NCBI GenBank assembly: GCA_017536885.1
Contig: JAFWCM010000224.1
Coordinates: forward strand, 42,013-106,012
Length of the DNA stretch: 64,000 nt
Direction of reading: 5' to 3'
Source: Solobacterium sp.
GTDB lineage: Bacteria > Bacillota_I > Bacilli_A > Erysipelotrichales > Erysipelotrichaceae
This document shows, piece by piece, positions 9,865-17,619 of the stretch. The notes beneath the pieces are model-generated. The model was not told the DNA's origin. It saw only the letters and a program-made list of their open reading frames with translations, and did not search any database. Numbering within the stretch: position 1 is the first letter of the stretch; every line of letters begins with the position of its first letter. Both the position numbers and the translations under genes were made by a program.

Positions 9865-11001
9865 TCAGTTTTCTGCGTAGTATACAGGCACGGCGATATT
9901 GCATGCCTTCAGTGCGTCTTTGAATACCTCAAAGAACGCTTCGATATCCGCTTCGTCAATCGCTCCCAGCGAACAGAGACGGAAGGTGTTGGCGGAGCTC
10001 ACAAACCCGGGATAAATCGTATATCCGCGCTCATAACAATAGTCGTGAAGCCGGTCGAAATTCCAGTTGGGATCATCGGGATAAACCGCCGATGAGACCA
10101 GTCCCGCCCGGATTTCGGCGGGAAGCAGCTGGCGGAAGCCGAGCTCTTCAAGGCCTTTGTTTATGGCGTTATAGACCCTTGTATGCCTTGCCCATTTGCC
10201 TTCTTCCCCTTCCTGCCAGTATTCCTTGATCGCCTGAACCAGGGCATAGATCGTCTGGACCGGCGGGGTGAAATGCATTTCTCCGGTTCTCTCGAAGAAT
10301 TCATACTGCAGGTAGAGATTGCAGTAATAGGAGCGTTTGGGATAATCCCTGCTCGCCTCGATGATCGACCGTCTTCCGATGATGAAGGAGATGCCGGTAA
10401 ATGCCATCAGGCCCTTCTGGGCACTGGCCATCAGGAAGTCGATGTTTTCTTCTTCGATATGAATCGGCCGCATCGCATAGACGCTTGTGGTGTCGCAGAC
10501 AAAGACCGCACCGTATTGATGCGCCAGGGCGCCGAGCTCCTTTGCCGGATTCAGAAGGCCGGTGACGGTTTCCTGGTAGGTCGTGTAGACCATGGCGATA
10601 TCCGGATTGTTCTTCAGGGTTTCTTCGACTTTGGCAAGGTCGGGCTGTTCGGTGATCGGGAATTTGAGATCAATGCACGGCAAGCCGTAATACATCGCGA
10701 TTTCCGCGGCTCTTGCGGAATAGTTGCCGTTGTCTACGACCAGAATCTTCTTCCCTTCCGGAAGAAGAGAGCTGATGCATACGTCGATATTGATCGTTCC
10801 GCTTCCGCAGAACAGCACGCTGGTATAGGTGTCGGGATCGCCGTGGACGATCTTTACGAGATCTTCCCGCAGACCTTTGAACAGCGAGGAGAATTCCTTT
10901 TCCCGGGGACAGATGTCGGGAACCACCTGCGCATATTTGACGGTATCCGTCGTGGTGGAAGGTCCCGGGTTCAGCAGTATTTTTCGTTCGATCTTTTTCA
11001 T
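9865..11001 (-). CDS. aepZ: 2-aminoethylphosphonate:pyruvate aminotransferase (class V, PhnW/AepZ-like)
   Basis: MKKIERKILLNPGPSTTTDTV...; a PLP-lysine-type region MASAQKGLMAFTGISF; adjacent to the PEP mutase gene. Confidence 0.85.
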   Translation of the reverse strand: MKKIERKILLNPGPSTTTDTVKYAQVVPDICPREKEFSSLFKGLREDLVKIVHGDPDTYTSVLFCGSGTINIDVCISSLLPEGKKILVVDNGNYSARAAEIAMYYGLPCIDLKFPITEQPDLAKVEETLKNNPDIAMVYTTYQETVTGLLNPAKELGALAHQYGAVFVCDTTSVYAMRPIHIEEENIDFLMASAQKGLMAFTGISFIIGRRSIIEASRDYPKRSYYCNLYLQYEFFERTGEMHFTPPVQTIYALVQAIKEYWQEGEEGKWARHTRVYNAINKGLEELGFRQLLPAEIRAGLVSSAVYPDDPNWNFDRLHDYCYERGYTIYPGFVSSANTFRLCSLGAIDEADIEAFFEVFKDALKACNIAVPVYYAEN

Positions 11002-11026
11002 GTTCTTTTCCTCATTCAGATATCGT

Positions 11027-11965
11027 TCATCCGTAGATGCCGGGGTTGTAGGACTGATCAAAGGCGCACAGTTCCCGGAAGGTATCAATTTCGGTGATAT
11101 CCTCCTGGCGGCATTCCTGTATTTTCACATGGTAGTCGTTTCGGAAGACGACCAGCGGCACCTGTTCCCAGTAGAGCTCTTTTCCGCCGGGCATCCGATA
11201 TGCCTCTTCGATATGATCGGCCAGCTTTCTGCCGTCCTCTTCATTCCAGAAGGATATGCCGACCATCTGGTAATTCTCCTCGCCCTGCCCGCCGACTTTC
11301 TCCTCGGTGATCGTTCCGTCTTTTACGGTAAAGCACCAGTCATCCGACCATGCCTTTCGGATCGCCAGAAAGTCGGAGGTATAGTGGTACCTGCGAAGAA
11401 TCTTCGGATTGGAGATCAGCAGATCGCTTTCCAGCACATAGGCGTTGGAGATCAATGTCCTGACACACAGCATTGAATAGATATTGTTGGTTTCGTTGTA
11501 TCTCTGATTCTCGATGAACCGGATCATCGGATATTTATACCGAAGCAGATCAAACTGCTCGGCAAGATATCCCCGGATGATATAGATCTCCTCAATCCCG
11601 ATCGCAAGGCAGGCATCGATCAGCCGGTCGATGATCCGCTCCCCGTTCACCCGGACCAGAGGCTTGGGGGTATTCAGCGTCACCGGCACCAGCCGCGATC
11701 CGAATCCCGCCGCAAGAAAGATGGCCCGCTTCACGCGGTAGGGTTCCAGCGCCGCAAGCCCCGAGGAAGTGATTCTTCCCTCCTGTACAAACCCCTTTGA
11801 AACCAGGGTTTTCAGTACGCGGTTGACGGTCGCCAGGGAATAGACGGTGCCTTCCTGAATCCGCCTCTGACTCATCGGCTCACTGCAGTCCGCAAGCAGC
11901 GCCAGAATTCCGAACTCTTTTTCGGAAAGCATCTCTTTCCGGTTTTCTTCGTTTCGTTCTGCCAT
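11027..11965 (-). CDS. Winged-helix (MarR-like) domain fused to a LicC/PntC-type nucleotidyltransferase
   Basis: The N-terminal ~75 aa read EFGILALLADCSEPMSQRRIQEGTVYSLATVNRVLKTLVSKGFV (wHTH-like). They are followed by AIFLAAGFGSRLVPVTLNTPKPLVRVNGERIIDRLI...NETNNIYS (LicC-family NTP-transferase). Confidence 0.8.
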   Translation of the reverse strand: MAERNEENRKEMLSEKEFGILALLADCSEPMSQRRIQEGTVYSLATVNRVLKTLVSKGFVQEGRITSSGLAALEPYRVKRAIFLAAGFGSRLVPVTLNTPKPLVRVNGERIIDRLIDACLAIGIEEIYIIRGYLAEQFDLLRYKYPMIRFIENQRYNETNNIYSMLCVRTLISNAYVLESDLLISNPKILRRYHYTSDFLAIRKAWSDDWCFTVKDGTITEEKVGGQGEENYQMVGISFWNEEDGRKLADHIEEAYRMPGGKELYWEQVPLVVFRNDYHVKIQECRQEDITEIDTFRELCAFDQSYNPGIYG

Positions 11966-12007
11966 AGTTTTCCGATCTTTTGAAACAGGAATGTGCAGTC
12001 TGTTTCT

Positions 12008-12065
12008 ATAAATAAAAAACAGAATGTTTCACAATTCCGGTCTTATATGACCCGTGAAACATTCT
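12008..12065 (-). terminator. Intrinsic terminator or attenuator between LtaS-like paralog 2 and the LicC-like gene
   Basis: A perfect 12-bp inverted repeat AGAATGTTTCAC-N21-GTGAAACATTCT (12021-12032 / 12054-12065). On the minus strand it is followed by GTTTTTTATTTAT. Confidence 0.5.
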
Positions 12066-12090
12066 ATTCGTTTCTGAACCTGCCTGTCAA
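12061..12090 (-). promoter_or_regulatory. Candidate SigA promoter overlapping the terminator stem
   Basis: The minus strand reads TTGACA (12085-12090)-18 nt-TAGAAT (12061-12066). The -10 box lies in the upstream arm of the inverted repeat. Confidence 0.3.
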
Positions 12091-12091
12091 C

Positions 12092-14065
12092 TCAGTCGGG
12101 TACGAATTCATTCCCCGTCTCGTGCATGGCATCGAAGTCGCCGGCATAGCCTTCTGTTTCAAATTCCCAAATCAGCTCCGGGGTATTGAAGTTGAAGGCG
12201 AGAAAGCGCCTCTTGCGCGCCTGTCCCTCGGTAAGATCAAAGAGCTGATCGGAACTGTTACCGGCGAGCAGTTTCTGATACATCTCCTGGAAATCGATCT
12301 GGGAGATCGGAATCTCCGATGTTTCCATCGCGTGCTTTTCGCCGAAGCCCTTGATCAGAAGCAGCGGGTTGGAACGGCCTGTCAGGGCGTTGATCTCATC
12401 CTCGTCCCGGTATCCGTGATCGGCGAGGACGATGATTGCGGAATTGTCAAAGATGCCGGCTTCCTTCAGTTTGGAAAGATAATTGTGCACGATCGTGATG
12501 CTTGCCTGCACATTCTGGGAATAGGAGCCGTCCTGTGTGGAAATCTCGTTGACATCCTTGTCAAAGTGGAACGGCACATGTGCCCCTTCGAGATGGATGA
12601 ACCGGAAACACGGCTGATCCACAAAGGAGAACTCCGTCTGTTTCTGGGTGTTGTTGAACCAGATGTTCTTTCCGATAAACGGTTCCTGCTGGCCGATCGC
12701 GCGGTGCTGGATGTTTTCAAACATATCCTCATGGGAGAACAGCGGCTTGAGCGGATACGGCATGTACTGGAACCAGGTCATGTAAAAACTCTGCCGGGCG
12801 TATTCGCCGATCGAATCGAGAACATAGTGGTCATCCATGACATTGTCGAAGCGGTAGATGCCCCTGTCCGCATAGGTCAGCTGGTCCTCATACATGCCGA
12901 GCAGATACCCCTCTTCCTCCAGGGATGCCAGCAGTTTCGAGCGGTTCATCGCCCGGGTTTCAAAGACTTCGAAGTCCTCCTGGTTTTCAAACCATTCGCC
13001 AGTCAGGATAAAGGGAACTGCGTGGCTGGTGTAGGTGTAGGAACCGACGGTATTGGGAAAGTAGGTGAAATCCTCGAAATACTCCCTGTATTCGGGATCC
13101 TCGCTTTCCATAAGATCGCGGAAGATGCCCGAATCCGTCGCATCGATCATGAAGAAGATCACGTTTTTGTTTTCCGACATCACAAAGAGATTCTTCGTGG
13201 TGACGGAAGCGGAGGCCCTGGGAGTGAAGCCGTTTTTCTGATAGGCGACATTGAACAGGGTTGCGGCCATGATCAGCGTCAGAAAGACGGCGATATTATT
13301 GGCGGCCAGAAAAAAGACTCGCCGCTTCATCCGGACCGCCATCAGGACCACCAGCACTCCGACGACAAGAATCAGAACATAGGACTGCAGTTTCTGAACA
13401 CCGTACTTCGACCAGTCAAAACTGGTGCCGTCCATCGGCGGAAGTCCTCCGGCCATGAAATTGCCGTGAATGAAGCTGATGATGAGAAACGCCAGCCCGA
13501 GCGCCGTGAAGAAGGTGTAGACCGCCGGCCCAGCCTTATGCGCGATGAAATACACCAGGCTTCCGACCGCCATGCCGAAGGCAAACATGATGCCCACCGC
13601 CGGCAGGATCGAATAGATATCGTACAGAAACTCCCGCATATTGCCGAGATACAGCATCAGCGGTGAATACAGCATCCACAGAAAGCTGACCGCCAGCGTA
13701 ATCAGTATTCCGCTGCGCAGGCTGAAGGTCTTTTTCTTTTTTTCCTGACTTTTCCGGATGGAAGAAATCTCCTCGCCGGAAAGAAAGGACAGGGCACGCA
13801 GGGTGTCTCCGCTTTCGGGATCGTGAAAGACGAGATCATCGCCCGCAATATCGCGGTTTGCCTCTTCCTCTTTTCCCAGAATCACCTTCCGGATGCGGCG
13901 GCCGTAGATTCCGACTGCCGTTCCCAGCGCAATGGCGATGCCGGCGATTGCCTGGATCGCATAGGTGAGAACCGAAGGATCCACATAGGCCCGCACATCG
14001 GTCATGAACAGAAAGAAACAGCAGACGGTGAAGTACAGATAACGGAACAGCTTATCCGGCTTCAC
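12092..14065 (-). CDS. LtaS/EptA-like sulfatase-fold membrane phosphotransferase, paralog 2
   Basis: (V)KPDKLFRYLYFTVCCFFLFMTDVRA-YVDPSVLTYAIQAIAGIAIALGT; NVIFFMIDATDS; YTYTSHAVPFILTGE; IVLADHGY. The GTG start at 14065 has a GGGAGAG RBS and matches the paralog N-termini. It overlaps the upstream stop by 14 nt. Confidence 0.8.
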   Translation of the reverse strand: MKPDKLFRYLYFTVCCFFLFMTDVRAYVDPSVLTYAIQAIAGIAIALGTAVGIYGRRIRKVILGKEEEANRDIAGDDLVFHDPESGDTLRALSFLSGEEISSIRKSQEKKKKTFSLRSGILITLAVSFLWMLYSPLMLYLGNMREFLYDIYSILPAVGIMFAFGMAVGSLVYFIAHKAGPAVYTFFTALGLAFLIISFIHGNFMAGGLPPMDGTSFDWSKYGVQKLQSYVLILVVGVLVVLMAVRMKRRVFFLAANNIAVFLTLIMAATLFNVAYQKNGFTPRASASVTTKNLFVMSENKNVIFFMIDATDSGIFRDLMESEDPEYREYFEDFTYFPNTVGSYTYTSHAVPFILTGEWFENQEDFEVFETRAMNRSKLLASLEEEGYLLGMYEDQLTYADRGIYRFDNVMDDHYVLDSIGEYARQSFYMTWFQYMPYPLKPLFSHEDMFENIQHRAIGQQEPFIGKNIWFNNTQKQTEFSFVDQPCFRFIHLEGAHVPFHFDKDVNEISTQDGSYSQNVQASITIVHNYLSKLKEAGIFDNSAIIVLADHGYRDEDEINALTGRSNPLLLIKGFGEKHAMETSEIPISQIDFQEMYQKLLAGNSSDQLFDLTEGQARKRRFLAFNFNTPELIWEFETEGYAGDFDAMHETGNEFVPD

Positions 14066-16130
14066 TGTGACTCTCCCATCTCTTTTCCACCTGCGAGAAT
14101 ACCTGATCGATGATATAGCGTGCCCCCACTTCACCGCTGCTTCCGAGGTTGTACACATACTCATGCACAAATTCGTCGATCTTCGCACGGTATTCTTCCG
14201 AATGATCCAGGAGATACTGCACCTGCCCCGGCACTTCTTCCATATGATCGGGCCTGACGACGGCGCCGATCACCTCCCGCATCCAGATATTGATGGGTAC
14301 GGTGTCAATCTTCTGATATTCGGGGTTCATGACCTTCATCGGCGTGTCGATGAAGAGAACCGGTTTGCATGTCGTATATGCATACTCATAGGCGATGCCC
14401 GACCAGTCGGTGATCATGAGGTCGGCTTCAAACACCGTGGAATTGCTGGAGAAGTCGGTCTGAATCTCAATATTGGAATCGTCTTTGAACCGCTCCTTAA
14501 GCTGGTTCATCCGCTCCGGCATATGGCGCACATGCTGGGGGTGAGGACGCACGACAACCTTGTAGGAATGGCCTTTGAGCTGGTCGAGCAGTTCATCGAG
14601 GCAGGAGTCGACGATGTTGTCTTTCTGCCAGGACGGGGCGATCAGAATCGTCGTCTGATGGTCTTTCGGAAGCGTCATCCCGGCATAATCCGCACGCATG
14701 TCATCGAGCAGCGGATAACCGGTGTCGATGATTTCCTTTCGCGGCAGGTCATAGGCGATTTCCACTTTCTCCACCTCTTCCCGGTGATGCTTGCCGGTGA
14801 CGAGGACCGCATCGAAATGATCCATGGAGCCCTTGCGCATCGTCATGTTCAGCGAGTCCATGCAGTGAGGAATATAGATGTATTTAATGTCCTTGCGGAC
14901 ATAGCTGCGCTTGATCTGATAGTTTTCAAGATCCGGCATCGTCATGACCACGACATCCGCGTCCATCTTCATCATCAGAGTGATGAGGCTAGTCATATCG
15001 ATGTAGTACGGTTTGATCTGATCATTTTCCTTTGCCATCTCAAAAATCTGATCGTTCGGATCACTGGTGATATAGTGCAGCGGAATATTCGTGTACTTCA
15101 GAATAAAGTCGATCGTTCCGCGGTAATACTTGAAGAAGCCGTTGGATTCGGAGTAGAAGACAAGATGCTTGTTTCCGATCGAGAAAAAGCGTTTGTAGTC
15201 GGCTCTCGCCCGTTTGACGAGCGGGTCATTCCACTTTCTCTTCTCCTTTCCCTTCTCGAGTTCCGCAAGCTCTTTCCGGGATGCCTCGAGATCTTCGTGA
15301 TCGACATATTTCCTGGGATCGATCGCCATGTTCAGAAGCACCTGCTGGACGATCGCAAGCAGATTTGACGCAATCCAGTACAGCACAACTCCGGCTGCGA
15401 CAAAAATGCCGAGATAGACGGAAATGCCTACGGAGAATGCCATCATTCCGTATTTGTTCCAGTTGGACTGCTCGGACTGAAGGACATTGATCCGGTTCTG
15501 CGCCCAGGCCAGCAGCCAGGATGAAAGTCCGGCAAGAAGCGGAACAATCCAGGCGATGCCTCCGGTCACGGATGCGATCCAACCGAGGTTCATGCCGAGG
15601 AACGTCATGCCGAGGCTGTTTACGGCCCGGACGGATTCTTCGGAAGCTGCGGCGATATAGGCATCGGTATGTTCATTGCTCTGAATATCCTGAATCACCG
15701 CCAGTTCCAGCGAACCCGATTCGGGGTCCAGTCCGTCGACATAGTCAAGAGAGGCCGACTTCAGGGCGGCAATATCGTCTTTGGGAAGCTTCAGAATATA
15801 TTCCATGGGGTGATAGATCACTTCCACCACACCCATCAGAAGAACGATCTGGATGATCAGCGGGACAATCGAAGCCAGAGGATTGTATTTTTCCCGTTTG
15901 AAAAGCTTCTGCTGTTCTTCGGCAATCGCATCGTTGTCTCCGTAATGACGAACCTTGATCCGGTTGATCTCCGGCTGAATCCGCACCATTTTGATGGAAT
16001 TCTTCTGGACCCACACGGATACCGGAAGAAGGACAATCTTGCTGAAAACGGTAAAAAGGATGATTGCCAGTCCATAGTTTTTTGTAATGTCATAGCACCA
16101 TTTCATCACGGTGCCGAATATCTGTCCCAT
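14052..16130 (-). CDS. YidC/Oxa1-family insertase domain fused to a TagF/TagB-type (CDP-glycerol glycerophosphotransferase-like) domain
   Basis: The N-terminal ~285 aa read KNYGLAIILFTVFSKIVLLPVSVWVQKNSIKMVRIQPEINRIK..EEQQKLFKREKYNPLASIVPLIIQIVLL...VVLYWIASNLLAIVQQVLLN. The C-terminal ~360 aa carry ILIAPSWQKDN, VVRPHPQH and LMITDWSGIAYEYAYTTCKPVLFIDTP. Confidence 0.8.
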   Translation of the reverse strand: MGQIFGTVMKWCYDITKNYGLAIILFTVFSKIVLLPVSVWVQKNSIKMVRIQPEINRIKVRHYGDNDAIAEEQQKLFKREKYNPLASIVPLIIQIVLLMGVVEVIYHPMEYILKLPKDDIAALKSASLDYVDGLDPESGSLELAVIQDIQSNEHTDAYIAAASEESVRAVNSLGMTFLGMNLGWIASVTGGIAWIVPLLAGLSSWLLAWAQNRINVLQSEQSNWNKYGMMAFSVGISVYLGIFVAAGVVLYWIASNLLAIVQQVLLNMAIDPRKYVDHEDLEASRKELAELEKGKEKRKWNDPLVKRARADYKRFFSIGNKHLVFYSESNGFFKYYRGTIDFILKYTNIPLHYITSDPNDQIFEMAKENDQIKPYYIDMTSLITLMMKMDADVVVMTMPDLENYQIKRSYVRKDIKYIYIPHCMDSLNMTMRKGSMDHFDAVLVTGKHHREEVEKVEIAYDLPRKEIIDTGYPLLDDMRADYAGMTLPKDHQTTILIAPSWQKDNIVDSCLDELLDQLKGHSYKVVVRPHPQHVRHMPERMNQLKERFKDDSNIEIQTDFSSNSTVFEADLMITDWSGIAYEYAYTTCKPVLFIDTPMKVMNPEYQKIDTVPINIWMREVIGAVVRPDHMEEVPGQVQYLLDHSEEYRAKIDEFVHEYVYNLGSSGEVGARYIIDQVFSQVEKRWESHSEAG

Positions 16131-16225
16131 ACAGTTCCCCTTTGAAAATCCCTGTCATTATACTAAAGTGACGGACGCAATTCCACTGAGCTCCTTTCGC
16201 GGAAGAGAAAACAGTTCCTCTTAAT

Positions 16226-17485
16226 CTATCGTTCCGAAAGCGTGCTGATCCTCTCTTTCAGCTCTCTGACCGCTTCTTCGTTGGTGAAGGAATAATCGAT
16301 GCGTGAGGTTTTTCCGTGCAGCACAATGTCCTCAAGTCCTCTCAGAATGTCATGCCTGTCATAGCGGCAGACCACCGAATCCGTCTTTTTCATCAGCCGG
16401 TAAGCGGGGCTTCTCGAAGTGGTGACGGCAAGCACATTCTTTTTGAGCAGCGAATACTCCAGAACCTTGCTCGGAAGATAGGGCTGAATTTCATCCTCCG
16501 GCATAATCGTATCGAACAGAAGCACCGCATCCGCCTCGGACATGCGCTGATACCCTTCCTCGTAGGAGAACTTGTCATGAATCACGAAATAGTCCGTAAG
16601 TCCGAGTTTGCGGATCAGCTTCAGATCGGAGCGCCGGAATTCCCCGTACTGCTCGATCCGCAGTTTCCGATTGGGATACATCTTGACAAACAGGAACAGG
16701 GCATAGATAAACTCCTCGATGATGCGGAGCCCGTAGATGCGCCCGAAGTGCGCCAGGGTAAAGACTTCCCCATGTCCCGCATTGTCCTTTTCCGCCGGGC
16801 TGTTCCACTCGGGGATATAGGAAAGCGGCACGATCACGCATTTGTCACGGATCGTTTTCTCATCAACGGCATGAAAGTATTTCATGTACTGCTCAATCAT
16901 GAAATCCCGCTGTTCTTCGCAGATAAACAGCAGAAGATCGGCGTTTTCAAAGGCATCCGCCTCATCTCTGTCGCGAACGTAAAAATGGCAGTAAAGGTAG
17001 AAACACTCCCGTTCGACCGGATAGTACGAGCGGATCGTTTTCGTATCGTATTTGTAGGGGCTGTGATTGATCGGATCGGAAAAGCTCGCAATCCAGATCA
17101 GCTCCGGATGCCGTTTCTTCAGCTCCATGCCCGCACGGATCGATGCGGTGGGAAACGTCGAGGTATAGAGAAACTGCTGATCCGAATACATGTTCACCGC
17201 CGCCTGCGCATATTGTTTTGTGACGGAAAGCGACTTTAAGAGATTCACATTGCGGATCGAAAAGGTCGCATCCCTGTGGGTGCACACCGTTTCGACATGA
17301 AATTTCCGGTACTCGGGGTCGAGGTTCAGCTTTTCCACAAGCCCGGGGTCATCTTTCTCCCCGTCCATGGCGCATACATCATACCTCATCGGCAACAGCC
17401 GCAGCTGCTTGTACACCAGCTGGGTCGTCACATCATTATAGGGAAGAAACGTGCCCGGTACCGCCAGACAGGTATTTTTTCTCAT
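16226..17485 (-). CDS. GT-B fold glycosyltransferase (GT4-like)
   Basis: 419 aa. The C-terminal region FDTIMPEDEIQPYLPSKVLEYSLLKKNVLAV resembles the GT4 EX7E region. The N-terminal half is divergent. Confidence 0.55.
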   Translation of the reverse strand: MRKNTCLAVPGTFLPYNDVTTQLVYKQLRLLPMRYDVCAMDGEKDDPGLVEKLNLDPEYRKFHVETVCTHRDATFSIRNVNLLKSLSVTKQYAQAAVNMYSDQQFLYTSTFPTASIRAGMELKKRHPELIWIASFSDPINHSPYKYDTKTIRSYYPVERECFYLYCHFYVRDRDEADAFENADLLLFICEEQRDFMIEQYMKYFHAVDEKTIRDKCVIVPLSYIPEWNSPAEKDNAGHGEVFTLAHFGRIYGLRIIEEFIYALFLFVKMYPNRKLRIEQYGEFRRSDLKLIRKLGLTDYFVIHDKFSYEEGYQRMSEADAVLLFDTIMPEDEIQPYLPSKVLEYSLLKKNVLAVTTSRSPAYRLMKKTDSVVCRYDRHDILRGLEDIVLHGKTSRIDYSFTNEEAVRELKERISTLSER

Positions 17486-17568
17486 AGAATCTCACTCCCT
17501 CTTCCTCGTCTTCCGACATACGATATTATATCCGCGATTGCCGCGAAAAACACTTGGGATCCTGGATG

Positions 17569-17619
17569 AAAAAGGATGCGGAGAGCACCCTGTTTCATCA
17601 TTATCTCTCGGCCCGCATC
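17569..17619 (-). terminator. Weak candidate terminator overlapping the fcl stop
   Basis: The minus strand reads GATGCGG(gcc)GAGAG-19 nt loop-CTCTCCGCATC followed by CTTTTT. The large loop and a bulge lower confidence. Confidence 0.3.

Noticed and set aside
11993-13666. Long antisense ORFs opposite real genes: 11993-13666, 14067-15368, 21088-22905, 7204-8322, 22902-24068 and 61441-62523.
   Set aside because: Each mirrors a gene with clear family motifs on the other strand. The translations are His/Arg/Asp/Gly-rich with no recognisable domains and no RBSs.
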